Origin: Octopus sinensis
Taxonomy: Eukaryota
Direction: 5' to 3'
NCBI RefSeq assembly: GCF_006345805.1
Contig: NC_043001.1
Span: forward strand, 95,914,001 to 95,978,000
DNA: 64,000 nucleotides
Below, one piece after another: positions 12,275 through 26,662 of this stretch. The notes under the pieces were generated by a model that was not told the DNA's origin, did no database searches, and saw nothing but the letters and a program-made list of their open reading frames with translations. Position 1 is the stretch's first letter. The number at the start of each line of letters is the position of its first letter. Made by a program: the position numbers and the translations under genes.

Positions 12275-15087
12275 TATATATATGTGATATATACACACCA
12301 CCCACATGTATACAATGTAGGCAATCATCGAAATTTTTGTTTGTCTTGTTGTCGAGAGAGGCTCCCTTTCTTTCCTGATGAGAAGATTGCATAATGCACT
12401 CTTTATTCCTTTGGAATGAAAACATGCTGTCTTCGAAACATATGTCGAGAGTAAAGGGATTTTGTTAACATCTTCGTTCGACTCCATTCTTTCATTTATT
12501 CATATACAACACACACATTTCTGCACATGAACCCGGAGTTTCTACCCTTGACAGGTCGCTTCAACCGTGTTTCTGACGTGAATTTGCTACCCAGGTTTCG
12601 GTTAAACGAATTTTTCATGCTGACGATAAACATAGGATAATTCATTCACCTACTTATATATATATATATAAAGAAAAACGATGGTTAATGATAACAGACG
12701 TCATTATCTTGATTTAAATGAAAATCAACGTGACTTATTTCTAATGATGTCACAAATAATTCCAAGAGGTGGACCTAGAGCTCACATTGCTATTGCTGCT
12801 CAAGATATGACTTAACTTTATGAGCATTACAAAATTGATTTTAAAGTTAAAACACCATAAGACAAAACGTAAAATCCAGGCCATATTTTAACTTTATCCA
12901 AACGTATGTAGGTACAAAAATGGAAAGCCGTTAACTGCAGAATAAAACTGGGTATATAAATCTCTGTTCTCCATAATTATTACTTAATTAATTTATACTT
13001 TATTATACATGTGTGCGTGTGTGTGCACGCGCGTGCGCAAACTCATACGCGTGTGCGACTACATAAAGAGACTGAGAAACCTAGACAGAGAAAAATTGAG
13101 ATTTGAACGGCATTTTCAGTTTTATTCTTTAGTTTAATACCTTATTAATGTTTGAAATCTGTCGTTGAGTGAAACCTAAGATGCACGATCAGCATTAAAA
13201 ATTTATAAATCTCTGCTGCCAGGTCAATATGATATCCCTCAGAGAGCGGAAGGGACAACTATTCTTATTGCATCCTTTCATTAGCGACAATAAATTTAAC
13301 ATTAACCACCTCAAACTACTTCACTGTTATTAATTGCCATACACATACGATAACATTTCTGCACAGCTGGAGTATTCTAAGCGTGTTTATAACAGGCATA
13401 ATTAATTTGCGTATAAAATATGCTCAAAATTGGAAATATATAAAGGCTATCTCTAAAACAGGTTCTTTTAATTAGCGAAAATCAGCTAATTTCAAGAATC
13501 AGTATTAGTGGTTGAAGAAGTTAAGTTACTTGACCCTATCACTTGTTTAATAGACCTATGAATAAATAAAGCAAGAAGCTCCTTCAGTGTAACAAAATGA
13601 ACATTATGACTGTACAATATACTATATAAGTCACACAGCTTTCTGCTTCCCAGCGTCTTAATAATGCTAGAAGTAGAATAACCATAATGGGAAGAATTCT
13701 TCTTTGACTGTTTAACTTGTTCTCGTATCATAATGTATTCTTTCTAACGTTGCTCTGTATTCAGTGATATGCGCGGTTACACTTGCATAAAACTTTTATT
13801 GGGTCGGTTTTCCTTTCGATAAAGCCACCAAAAATCTTCCTCTGTCTCTCCTAGATTGTTCCTGTTGTCACATTCCCTATTGTTACCATATATTCAAGGA
13901 TATTTCTTCTTATATGAAGACCTGGGAACCAGACACGGTTATTTCGCTGTAGTATGGGATTATATGAACTTTTGGTAATTATCAAATTACACAGTCACCA
14001 AAAATCATTGCTTCTCTCTGACCAGATTAAAATGGACGGTTTTACTTAAAGCAAACCGTACCTTCTTGAAATGCATCACATTGAACCAAAGATGAGGACT
14101 ATGCGATGATCTGTCATAAATTCATCTTCCTTGTAAGCAATATACTAGATATATAAATTATGGATACCTAGTGGCTAACAGAATAAAGTATATAAAATAG
14201 AATAAAACCGAAAGCCGTTTTTGTATATTTCCGACGAACAATTCTAGACTATTCACCTTTATGTAAGACAATCAACTCTCGAGGACGATCGCCTACGTGA
14301 AAAACATCACAGCCTTCGCTGTGTATACTGTCTTTAATTCAGTAAATTAACTCATTTGAGAGTTAACGTAGAACGTAAAGTTGAATGCAATTCGATCGTT
14401 TACTTTGAAATTCTTTCTTTTCCTTACGGGCATTGTTCAGGAATATTCTGTGGTATCCTAACAACATACATCGTTCAATTGTTGTCACATACAAGAATTA
14501 GAACAAAGAAAGCACAAATTGATTAACAGTCAAGGAAATCGGTTATGAAGTTACAAGCTGTAGAATATCCTAGCGTAGAAGCTGAATACGAAAAGCATGG
14601 AATTTTAAAACTGATTGAGTGGACATAATTTGTTAAGTACAGGTTTCTGACATAATCTGTTAAGTACTTTGCTTTGCAAGTAAAGTTTAAGAGAGTTAAT
14701 TTGACAGACAACGTTCGCAAGTTTGTTCGCTAATTTTGAATAACCTTTTCACGGTAGGGTATTTTATCGTTTTCATGCTGAGAGATGATTTGAAAACTTT
14801 TATGGATATCGGACCACATCATTGAAATTTAATGCATACCCACATACAAATAAACTTCAGATAGACCCATTCATTAAGATTAAATGTATACTCATAGATA
14901 AATATACTTCAAATGAACCCACTCTGGCTCCATACACAAATATGATACGTGCATATATACATATCTAAATAGATATACCTATACATTAATTCACCTGCAC
15001 ACACTCTCGTAGATAAGTATTTAAATTTATATTCATATTTCTACCTCTACCTATCTAGTCCCCTTCTGTTTCTCAGGGTATACATCC

Positions 15088-15140
<53 letters not shown>

Positions 15141-15222
15141 TGTATGTATGTATGTATGTACGTATGTATGTATGTATGTATGCATGTATGTATGTATGTA
15201 TGTATGCATGTATGTATGTATA
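15088..15222. repeat. (TA)n/(TATG)n microsatellite
   Basis: Direct reading. Confidence 0.95.
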
Positions 15223-15926
15223 TAATCCTGAAAGATTGCGTCTCATTCTGGAAACAGTTCTGCAACTATATGATGAAATTAATCAGATAAAATGCTTTAA
15301 AATCCTTGACTATTAACTCTGAAATAAAGGGGGATCACTGGGCCGGCGGATTTCCAAGATGCATCACAGATGCTCTTCCATTATTAACAGTTGGGATAAG
15401 GCAGTCTGGGTTAAATGCTTCTTTTGGCTATCTCCACACGTACACTCGGCTGGTGGACGAAAATAAGGTAAATGATGACTCGTCCGAGAATATAACATTC
15501 TACCACTGCTCTAAGGACCAATTCTGTTGGATTTTACTTCACCCTAAACGCTTTGCAACGTTTGTTCTTGAAAGTAGAGGTTTTCTGATTGCAGCCCTCT
15601 CGTGAAATCCGGCTCCCGCTGAACAGATTTTGTGGAAACTAGGTTCTCGAGGTGGCCATTAAGCTCTACAGTAATTTGGGGAACTGTACTTTTATGATCA
15701 TTTCAAATAATTCGCATAAGAGTCCGACGGACCTTCTCTGAAAGTACTGGTTTTCTTCCGGAGTTTCATTTCGACGAGTAGGTTTTTCGCTATTTCTCAA
15801 AGTCTGTCATTACTTTCGAGAAAGTACTTCTTGATACAACAAATATTTCGGTTATTTTCGTTACGCTAGCGCCTGTCATGCGAGCACCCACAATTTGACC
15901 GGTTTGAAAGTTCGATAGATGCAATT
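15221..15926 (-). pseudogene. Tc1-family transposase relic
   Basis: Minus-strand translation GQIVGARMTGASVTKITEIFVVSRST...SGRKPVLSE...ELNGHLENLVSTKSVQRE...KPLL...VIFSDESSFTLF...RVYVWR*PKEAFNPDCLIPTV...AGPVI...DAIFQD; several stops and frameshifts. Confidence 0.92.
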
Positions 15927-16153
15927 TTAATGGATTTTAATTACCTTTTTTCTGATGATATCTGAAAAGAAACACCAATTTTAGCAAAACATATTAAGCA
16001 GCACTAATAATAAATCAAATAACAAAAAAATAAACAAGCTTTTGACGATCTTATAGATATTTCTAAATGATGATGCTATGATGCTAGATGTTTCCATTAT
16101 TTTGTCCAATGTGTGTGTGTGTATGTGTGTGTTTGTGTGTGTGTGTGTGTATA

Positions 16154-16197
<44 letters not shown>

Positions 16198-16214
16198 AAA
16201 AGTAAAAAATATAT

Positions 16215-16340
16215 ACAAACTGGGACAAGAACGTGAAACACCTAGAAGACGACACAAGAACCACAGGACGGGACATTCGAAGCCCTCAGTCATCAGTCAA
16301 GAACCGGATCATCTTCGCAATTTCGTCTGATTAATCTTGA
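16215..16340 (-). mobile_element. Probable Penelope-like terminal fragment with decayed hammerhead-like core
   Basis: Minus strand reads gactgatgactgagggcttcgaatgtccc (CUGAUGA...GAAUGUC), but stem I does not pair; flanked by microsatellites. Confidence 0.3.
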
Positions 16341-16384
16341 ACATATATACATATATATGTATGCATATGTATATACATATATTA

Positions 16385-16421
<37 letters not shown>

Positions 16422-16424
<3 letters not shown>

Positions 16425-16850
16425 TAATACCTCACTGTACGTGTTTAATTCGTTCCGTGATCAAGCTTGTCTTAAGGTTTACTCATTTTACAAATCAATT
16501 TTCCCCATTGAAATTAACAAAAAATATAATTAATCAGTTCCATCCACCACGAAACACTCCTAAATAATTTTTCATGCGTTTTAAAACAGGAAGGACGTAG
16601 TTACAACAACAACCACTATTTTTAAAAAGAGACTGTTTTTATTAACTTAATTACCTTAAACATGAAACGCTTTGTGCGGGAGGAAGACGATGAACCGGGG
16701 AGAAAGAGGAGGAAGACGATTACCCGGGGAGACAGAGGAGGGAATACTGCTTGGGAAGAGATTCTCTTTTCAATTAAGACATCAGGAAGAACAATTTCTG
16801 GCGTCTTCTCTCTCACTTCGCTTAAGGCATTTGGACACATTTTGTCATTT
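16422..16850 (-). mobile_element. Tigger/pogo-like DNA transposon 3' end
   Basis: TA followed by cagtaatacctc...gtttaattcgttccgtga...ttccccattgaaattaa (Tigger-type terminus), plus the C-terminal peptide REKTPEIVLPDVLIEKRISSQ on the minus strand. Confidence 0.65.
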
Positions 16851-17181
16851 TATTTGTTTTAGTCATTTGACTGCGGCCATGCTGGAGCACTGCCTTTAGT
16901 CGAGCAATTCGACCCAAGACCTATTCTTTGTAAGCCTAGTAATTATTCTATCGGGTAATTTTTGCGGAACCGCTAAGTTACAGGGACGTAAAAACACCAG
17001 CATCGGTTGTCAAGCTATGGTCGGGGGACAAATACAGACACACAAACACATACGCATACACATATATATATACGACGGGCTTCTTTCAGTTTCCGTCTAC
17101 CAAATCCACTCACAAGGCATTGGTCGGCCCGAGGAGCCACGCAGTGGGAATGAACACGGAACCATGTGGTTGTTAAGCAAC
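16848..17181 (-). mobile_element. SINE family A (ggcgcaggagtggctgtgtgg head), internally deleted and 5'-truncated
   Basis: Collinear with the copy at 24418-24831. Confidence 0.88.
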
Positions 17182-17184
17182 GTT

Positions 17185-17415
<231 letters not shown>

Positions 17416-19060
17416 TGTATTTTCATTCGCATACAAACATGTACATAATTTTGTGACTCATGGGCATGATAGTAAGTTGTGCTATGTTATAATTAGTCAC
17501 TTTCCTGTACATTTTTGTATTCACTTCCAATCGAAGCTGATTCTTTCCGTCATTGCAACAAGAAGAGTGAATAGAAGCCTCCACAGAAATGTGTATCAAT
17601 AAATCGACATTCTTCCATTTAAACGAAGAACTTTAAAAAAGGTAATCAATATTAAAGAGGGTACTATCAATATTATATGTCAGAAATTTCATGTCACATC
17701 CTTTCTTCGACATTATCAAGTGTATTAGAGTTGTAGGTCGTATCTTTTGTAGAATTATTCAATAATTACAAAAATTAATCAGGCAAGTCTATCGGATATG
17801 TATGCATAAAACGAACATTTATCTTACATTGACAGAGTTATAATGAGCTGTAAAGTATCAAGCAGACTTTAAATGCAAGTCCATTAAATGTCATCACTAG
17901 AAGAAGAAAAAAACAAATAAACATATAAAATAATCGATCAGCGGTAAAGAAAATATATATAATATGTAGTGCTTTCTATTCTTGACAACATCTAACAAAT
18001 ATAAGACTCCAACCCTATAACAACCTCCCTGTATTTCATTTGATGGCTTGTATGAATATAAATGTAAAGGAGTGTAGGAATCAATACCTTATTGATTTCT
18101 CAGACTAAATAAGATCGTAAATTTCGGAAGAAGGCGCAGTCGATTAAATCGAGTTCTGAATTTTATTGTTATTTATTTTAGCAATATTAGAATTTTGGAG
18201 AAAAACCTTAAAGTATCTTGGTTCGAACTATCGATAATTTTGACCATAAAAAAATATGCAGTTCACGTTTCCACCATTGCACCACAAATACATGTATGCA
18301 TACACACACACACGCACACACACACACATATTGGGTTACCGAAAATAGCAGGAAAAGTTCACTGTGGTGTACGCCAGTCGTACTTAAATCTTCCGTGGCT
18401 AGAGTGCACTTGATGTGACCCTCAGGCATCAGTCTGGCGACTGGTGTCCTCTAGTGGCGTCGTACTGCCCAGTGGAGTGTCATTGTTTTGCAGTGTCCCT
18501 TCCCATGTGTCCCTCCACTGTTTTGCGATGGCAGAAACGAAGGAAAATCCTGCTTCATTGAAAATCTGTTTTCTGATGGGGAAATAAATGGTAATTCTTA
18601 CTTATTAACCTACAACACTAATCAAATATATATCTGCTACAATGGCTCGAACATTATTAGTAAGTAGGACATCTCGTTATGGTGTTCGTAAATCAATAAC
18701 AACTGACTGAGAAGTATAATTTGAAGCTATACTTTTTTCTGAGTTTACAAAAACTATTGCGTTCACAGAATTCGAACACCATCTTATCAACAACAGACTA
18801 ATGGGATGATTAAACCTTTTTCATCCACAATGAACATATTCTGATTCTAACATGGTGGGAAACTTTGCTGATTGTATTATTGAGAATTCCGTCTACTGTT
18901 AAAACAGATTTAAAGTATTCTCCATCGTAATGTTATTATGATTCTCCGTTGACCTTACCACTATATAGATTGATAGAGAGATAGATAGATAGATAGAAAG
19001 ATAGATAAATAGATAGATACATACATACATAATGGTGCGTGTTGTGTGCGTGTATATGTG

Positions 19061-19297
19061 TTATTTCTTTCTTTATTGCCCAAAAGGGGCTAAACAAATG
19101 GGGACAAAGAAGGACAGACAAAAGGATTCAGTCGATTACATCGACTCGAGTGAGTGACTGGTACTTAATTTATCGATCCCGAGAGGATGAAAGGCAAAGT
19201 TGACCTCGGCGGAATTTGAACTCAGAACGTAACAGCAGACGAAGTACCGCTAAGCATTTCATCCAGCATGCTAGCGTTTCTGGCAGCTCGCCGCCTT
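19061..19297 (-). mobile_element. SINE family B (aaggcggcgagctg head; gcctttcatcct..gatcgataaa..agtacc central domain)
   Basis: tRNA-like head with B-box gagttcaaattcc; the same central domain occurs in at least five other copies in the window. Confidence 0.88.
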
Positions 19298-19776
19298 ATG
19301 TGTGTATATGTATATAAAGGTACATATATATGCATGCATCAAAAGAGTACACTGGAAAAGGTTGGTAAATATTTTATGCCATGTTACACTTGTTTTCATA
19401 TAGCTTAGGTGCTACAAAGTTAAACATGTAGAAAAACATTCACGGAATTTCCTATTCCTAATCGTCTAGGCAACGATTCAGAATTAAAACAAAATTGCTC
19501 CGGATTCTGCTGTCAGTTTCAATCGAGAGCATGTTGAAAGTTAGAAGGGAAAGTTAGATAATATGAAAGATAATAATTAAGAGACTGTATGAACGAACGA
19601 GAGAAACTACATATATAACGCACATATATATACATATATGTGTGCGTATGTATGTATGTATGTATATCACATACATTTACACTTCCTTTCGTAAAACCTG
19701 ATATCTCTCTTACTATTCTCTTCTCCGCAGTAAGGCTACGTTCCATGTGAAACACACAAGACAACAGAAGTGATCT

Positions 19777-20090
19777 GTGACTAAGCGCATTAATACTTTG
19801 CCTTTACAAACTGTTGAAACGCAAACTGAGCCCTATATCAACTTGGACACTGCACTCAACACTGTTGATATCAATGATGGCATGCTATATGCTTTTCCCA
19901 GCGACAAACCGTCGCTGATCTCGAAAAAAGGAGAAATAAACTATATTAAATCTCTGAGCGAGATACAAAGAGTAGCAATACAGAATCGTAACATATAACT
20001 GCCAACCAAGCGTAGCGTCCCATGCGGAACAGTGCTACTGACATTTATAACCTCAGGAAGACATCTCTTCCAGCTGGCTAATGACACACA
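19777..20090 (+). pseudogene. Possible LINE ORF1 (gag-like) relic
   Basis: ...SEIQRVAIQNRNI*LPTKRSVPCGTVLLTF resembles the I/Jockey-group ORF1 motif RRI...PTGT.ILTF; single weak motif. Confidence 0.3.
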
Positions 20091-22094
20091 TTTTGTGTCC
20101 GGTTAGTATTTTCAAGGGAGGTTATCACTCCCATTTCTAGCCTTGCGTGATTCACACGGACTCGAGTTTCAGGGTGGTTATCCGTCCTCAGCATGCGTTT
20201 AGCACAGGCTACTGATGAAAACTCACACCACTCGCAAAATACTATGTGAGAATTCATCACTAGCTGCTGATTAACACATGCTGAGGACGGGTAATCATAT
20301 ATGATATGCAGTTGATTATACAAGTCTATAATTTACAATATATACTTCGTATATATTTTAATTTTACTTATCATAAACATAACATGAAATAATGAAAAAC
20401 CAAAGATTACTTAAATAAGGGAATTCGTGTAACGACCTGGTGAAATGCATCTTGTATAGAACCGCCTGAAGAAAGAAAGTTTATCTTGAAATGATACTAA
20501 CAGCTGGTTATGAAGCTCCCGTCTGAATAAAGAAAATATCATGCGGATATCTGGGTGTGGTGAACTGTCCTTATTTAGAGTGAAAGTGACCAGATAAGCA
20601 AGGACCCGTTCGCTACTTGTATCCCTGAATTCCTGACGGGTATTTTTTTTTTCGAATATCCTCCTCAGGGTTTTGTATAATATTTTACAAACCTAGGTTG
20701 GGTTGAGAGAAGATAATTTTGAGCATTATGTCGTTGTCAATTGCATGTGAAACGAGTGGTGTGAAATATAGATATATGAGTTTGTTTTCGTCCCAAGTCT
20801 GCAGCAGTGGAAAAGAAACCGAATCAGCTTCAATAGTGTACAACGTTTGTTCATACAAAAAAAAAATGTATTTTTAATGTATATTTACATAACGTATATT
20901 ACAGTAATAAAATAAGAATAATAGATACATACTACATAAAGTAAATATTTTCTTAAGTCGAAAAGTAAATGACTGACGTCTGGGCAAGAGAATCCATCTG
21001 AATAAAATAAAAGGATGATTTCTGTTCGGACCAAACAAATATCAAAGTTATTTGTGAAATTTTGTGTGGAAGAAGGAAAGAAAGCGAGAGGGAGAGAGAG
21101 AGAGAAGGAGAGACGCTGAAGAAAGACTATAGTTGTAAAGATTTTACCAATAATTATTCTTTTAGCTATTGTGACTATGCTGCCTTTAACATTTAGTACT
21201 GAATTTACGAATTTGCGTAGTGTACATATATTGTGCTAATTCTTTCGTCTGAGTTACGATATACTGTGATTATAGTAATTATAGATTTTACCTACGATAT
21301 TATTTTCTGTAAATAACGTTTTCTATTCAGATTAACTTTATTTGTGTGCATATTGAAAATATATCTACACACATTTAGATGGAACAATGCTGTGAATTGT
21401 ATTACAAACTGAATTTCTGCAGTCTATATCATTATCCTTCGGAACGAATTCACTTTTCCCAGGCATAAACTTAGTAGTTTAACATATAATTTTGCAAGTT
21501 AATAATAACATTAACAGTTAAGAGGTTAACGATGTAATATTCTAGTGCAACTTCCAATAATGACCTCTAACACTCCATGGGATATTTTGAGGATTATATC
21601 AATCTTAATATTGCGAGCTAGGTTTTATAGCTACAGGTACAACGTAATGAGCACCGAAACACTATGAACCGTATGCCGCGCAGCTCGTTATCTTCTGCAT
21701 ATTACTGGAGGACGTCTCATCTTCAGCACGTTATCTTTCAAACATACAAACGTTGAGGGGACTTTAATTTTGTCAAAAACCTAACAAAGCGAAATTGCTC
21801 AAGAGCGTGATCTTCTCTTTCTCCCCTTTTCCTTTCGATGAAATTTATTTGCCACGATACCTCACTACTTATTCTTCAACTGTTTAAAGAAAATTCACTT
21901 TTGGCATTACACTGCTACGACAATAACTATAAAACAGCAGAGGGAAAACCGAAAATCGCTTTCGTAATGTTATATAATACCTTTTGCTTGTAAGTGTTCG
22001 AGGTCACAGTATTCTCCTCTGAACAGGACGCCGGTCAGTTACAGTATTCACATCCAGTACTTATATGGGGAGGGGAAGGTCGCTTACGTTGATA

Positions 22095-22238
22095 GCAGTA
22101 GTTCACTGCTACTTAATTTTATCGATCTGTGGAAATGGAGGGCAAAGTTGATCACGGCGGGATTCGAACACCGAATGGAAGAAATAATGCTAAGCATTTT
22201 TTCCCAGCGTATTTAAGGTTCTGCCACCATGCCGCCAT
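22095..22238 (-). mobile_element. Old SINE family B fragment
   Basis: tacttaattttatcgatc...ggcaaagttgatcacggcgggattcgaac...gctaagcatttt...gttctgcca...gccgcc matches 19061-19297. Confidence 0.7.
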
Positions 22239-23789
22239 ACTATTTAACGTCGCCTTGATCTAGTAATTCTATATTCAACCAGATGGATATTGCCACCTAC
22301 TACATTTGTTTAGGCACCCAACAACCTTAGAAAACCATTTTGCCGATCCACATAAGAAAACACCAACTTCTAAGTTGCTTAAAATATATCTGTTACTTGT
22401 CGACACTTAAAGTTTGGAATTGCCTAATCCAAATCAGAGAATTTACAAATGTCTACAATGAATGGGCTACTTATTGCAATACTGATAAAAGCTGGTATCA
22501 AAATTCCTGTCTAGCTCCGCACAAAATTACTATATGACCTGTTGAAATATGTTAAACACGTTCCAAATTTCATGAATTGCGGACACCTCCCCACAGTACA
22601 ATTTTCAAGCATTTTTGTTTTTAATTGGTCTTACTTTTACATGCGAAATAACTTCAAACTAAAACCGATTCAGATAATTTAATTTGGGCAGTTAAAATTT
22701 TGCACAGAAGTGTCTTTTTATTAGCAATCTACAAGGATGGAGGAAGATTATATCAGGAACAAGAAATATGGTATTTGTTGAAACTTCGTGAAACATATCA
22801 AATTCTACACCATAGAAAATGCCTTTTACTCACACAAAATAACACTCAAAGGGTTCGCTTGAAAATGGGTTTACTTGTCGTTTACTTTTTCACAACGCTA
22901 GAGGTGCATTTCGGGAGGGGTTTTGATATCTTTATTCAAGTGTCGAATACAAAATAAAGGTTAATAAGTTTCACGGACTTCTTATATCATATAACTAAAG
23001 GAACATTCATATCAGTGTTAAAACCACGTTTGACAATCAGCTCCCAATGCCCGGTGTAGTTTTGTTAATCGTGCCACATGGTTTAATACATTCTCTTTTA
23101 ACCAGTAGGATAATTCACTATTTTGATGGAATTACCGTTTCACACGGGCGGGTATGCCAACGCAAATACCTTCCAGTATCATTTATCTTCCAATAAATTT
23201 TAGCAATTCTCTGTCGTCGATAACATTGGTGTAATTTTGGTTCAAATCTATAATAGACAATGAAACGTACTATTAATACTCTTAATAACACACATTGTCT
23301 CAACTGCACATTTGCTTGTAGCATATTCTTGATCTTTAATATTCATTTGAATGTTTCATGTGATAGATTCTACCCTGTGCCTACTTACTTATAATGAATT
23401 ATATTCCGTTCTTATAATCACACGCTGAAGGTTATAAGCATTTTATTTACTAAATACTACCTCCATCAGGCATGATAATGTGTTTACTTCATTTTCTGTA
23501 AGCATACAGATACTTGTTACAATTAAGCACTTTGCTAGTTATATTTATTCTAACACTTATTTCTCTAGTATACCTTAAGTTCCATTAACATACAGCTATT
23601 TCATTTAATTAGCCCAATTAATGAATCATTCGCAGGAACCTTTTGATGTTAACAGGTTGTTTACATTCTAAATGCGCAGATATTCTATTAAATTTGGGAC
23701 ATGCGAGCTCCACGTTTATAATACATCATAATGTGAAATATATGCTTAAGTCAGTTTTCATATCATACATCGAATAATAATACCTCTAC

Positions 23790-23862
<73 letters not shown>

Positions 23863-24417
23863 ATATTAATATTGTGATAAATAGATTGTTTGTTCTTTAC
23901 CTATCTGTTACGAGCGAAAGTTCATAACAATGTTATTTATACAGTAAATTCTTTAAGTATTTAATATCTCTAATATGGTTATTTAACACCTAACTGAATT
24001 ACTATCTTATATATATATATATATATATAATATATATATATATAATATTTTGTTGTTGAAAATACACCAAAATTTCAAAAACTCGTAATTGTTTAAAATA
24101 CATTGATTTACATATATACCAAACTAGTTTCAACAATAATTTTTGTTTATCAATTGTAAAAGTTTAAAATTATGAATTACAAAAAACATCTTTAAAAGTT
24201 TCAATTTTGACAAATTCAAATGTTTCAATATGGACAAATTAACATGTTCAAAACAGATAAATTTAGCATTATGAATTCGGAGGACAGGTGTAAGTTCGAA
24301 TGTTCATAATACTGTATATCGATTTTTTTTAATGTAAAAAGTTCATTAATGCTAGTGGTGATCGACAAGTCATACTGAGTCATACTCATTAATGCTAGTG
24401 GTGATCGACAAGTCATA

Positions 24418-24831
24418 GGCGCAGGAGTGGCTGTGTGGTAAGTAACTTGCTAAATAACCACATGGTTGCGGGTTCAGTCCCACTGCGTGGCATCTTGCGC
24501 AAGTGTCTTCTGCTATAGCCTCGAGCCGACCAATGCCTTGTGAGTGGATTTGGTAGACGGAAACTGAAGGAAGCCTGTCGTATATATGTATATATATATA
24601 TATATGTGTGTGTGCGTGTGTGTGTGTTTGTGTGTCTGTGTTTGTCCCCCTAGCATTGCTTGACAAGCGATGCTGGTGTGTTTACGTCCCCGTCACTTAG
24701 CGGTTCGGCAAAAGATAGAATAAGTACTGGGCTTACAAAGAATAAGTCCCGGGGTCGATTTGCTCGACTAAATGCGGTGCTCCAGCATGGCCGCAGTCAA
24801 ATGACTGAAACGAGTAAAAGAGTAAAAGAGT
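24418..24831 (+). mobile_element. Full-length SINE family A
   Basis: tRNA-like head (ggcgcaggagtggctgtgtggtaag...gggttcagtcccactg), internal (TA)/(TG) tract, tail catggccgcagtcaaatgactgaaac(gagtaaaa)n. Confidence 0.92.
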
Positions 24832-25130
24832 TAAGCGGGGACAAAAGGGAGAGCTCAAAATATTTTTAAAAAAGGAATTTGGTTTACAGTTTCTCTGATC
24901 CTTTTCCCGTAGACATTTTCGCTTGTAGTGGTATGTTTTGGGATCAGATGTATTTACATTTATTTTACCGCGAGCGGATCTGATTTTGATTCGTTGAAAT
25001 ACTGGTGATATTTTTGTTGGTGATCGTTCTGCTTGGATGGGTTCCCTGTGGAGACGGCCATCAGTCGTTCTGGTTGGTTCGTTCTCTTAAAGGCTCATGT
25101 CGTTGTATTTGCTCGGTTCTTCAGGAATAC

Positions 25131-25319
25131 GGAATAATTACCATACGATACAGGGTGGGAAAATTCCCAAATGACATTCCTGATCGAATCGGAAAAGAAT
25201 TCATCGTTGAAGTAATAAAATTCCTCCTACAGAACATTTTCTTCAATTTCAACGAAAATACTTATTGACTGGTTTCTGGCAGGGTGATGGGAACGAAGGT
25301 AGCCCCTACTTCTGCCAAC
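25131..25319 (+). pseudogene. Penelope-like reverse transcriptase fragment
   Basis: GIITIRYRVGKFPNDIPDRIGKEFIVEVIKFLLQNIFFNFNENTY*LVSGRVMGTKVAPTSAN matches the PLE RT motif Y.Q..G..MGTK.AP.YAN. Confidence 0.85.
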
Positions 25320-25706
25320 CGTTTTTAATATTTTCAGTTCTCCCTCGTTATTCTTCCCACTTAACTCAGTATGACTTATTTATCAAAACTAACATTAATG
25401 AACTTTGTACATTCAAACGAATTGATATACAGTTTTAATATTATTGACTGCTATAAACATTCAAACGTTCAAATGTCCTAATTCATAATACTAAATTTAT
25501 CTGTTTTGATCATGTTAATTTGTCAACATTGAAGCATTTTAATTTGTCAACATATTTTTAACTTTTACCATTGATACACACAAAATATATTGTTGAAACT
25601 AATTTGGTATGTATGAAAATAAATGTATTTTAAACAATTACGAGTCTTTCAAATATAAGTGCATTGTCAGTGGAAAACACCCTTCTTTTGTTATGTATGC
25701 ATTATA

Positions 25707-25754
<48 letters not shown>

Positions 25755-25834
25755 ATACATATATATATACACATGTATATATATACATATATATATATAC
25801 ACATATATATATAAACACACACACACACACACAC

Positions 25835-25878
<44 letters not shown>

Positions 25879-26519
25879 ATATATATATACATATATTCTA
25901 ATAGGTCTCTTTCTATCACAATAAGCTTCCGAGAGAGCATTCACACATGTCGAATGAGAAATTTCTCACGTGATATCATTCTGTGGTATTGCTATCGTTT
26001 GCTAACACTACAGCTCCTCGTGATATCCCTTGAATTACTCGGAAGCATTTCCTTCCGAATTCCCTAAAAAAGATCACAACAATCGTCAAACCCTCGCAAA
26101 CTGTGATTTAATAATCACCGGTTTGTAAATACAAATATAACTGTAATATAAACCTTTCTGTGCTTTATAACAGGAATCGCAAATTTTACTTATGCACTCC
26201 TCATTTATATTCGAAATTCTACAAAATATGCCGAGAAGTCATTCTCTGAATATTTCCTGTGTAAATATATTATTCATGTCGCTACTCATTGCTAAAGGTG
26301 GTGAAAAGCTAAGTATAATACATAGACTACATAAACAACAGGCTGTGTGTTGAATTGATATCTCTTTAATATCCATATTCACACATCTGCACACACGCGC
26401 AATTTCGAAAACACATACGCTCACGCACACCTATATTTAGAAGCATGAGTATATACGTGTGTGTCTATACGTATATTATATATATATTTATAAATTTAAA
26501 TAAGTATATATATATAAAA

Positions 26520-26551
<32 letters not shown>

Positions 26552-26597
26552 AATATAAAAATATATATATATATAGATATATATATGTATATATATA

Positions 26598-26662
<65 letters not shown>

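Larger units (their letters stand above)
24055..25670. mobile_element. Composite with ~310-bp diverged inverted arms (24055-24380 / 25364-25670) enclosing a Penelope RT fragment and a SINE
   Basis: Inner ends share actcagtatgactt exactly; shared blocks include cattaatgaactt, ctaaatttatctgttttga and tattgttgaaacta.tttggtat, and gtattttaaacaattacgagt; both outer ends abut (TA)n. Confidence 0.8.

Noticed and set aside
14373-14387. 15-bp match (acgtaaagttgaatg) to the 480-bp monomer
   Set aside because: Flanking similarity is too weak to separate from chance in AT-rich DNA.
20462-20500. ctgaaga-aaga...tctt-gaaat hammerhead-like string
   Set aside because: No stem I pairing and no G10.1-C11.1 pair.
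23040-23324. piggyBac-like peptide (DDRELLKFIG) on the minus strand
   Set aside because: One short motif with stops and no other transposase motifs.
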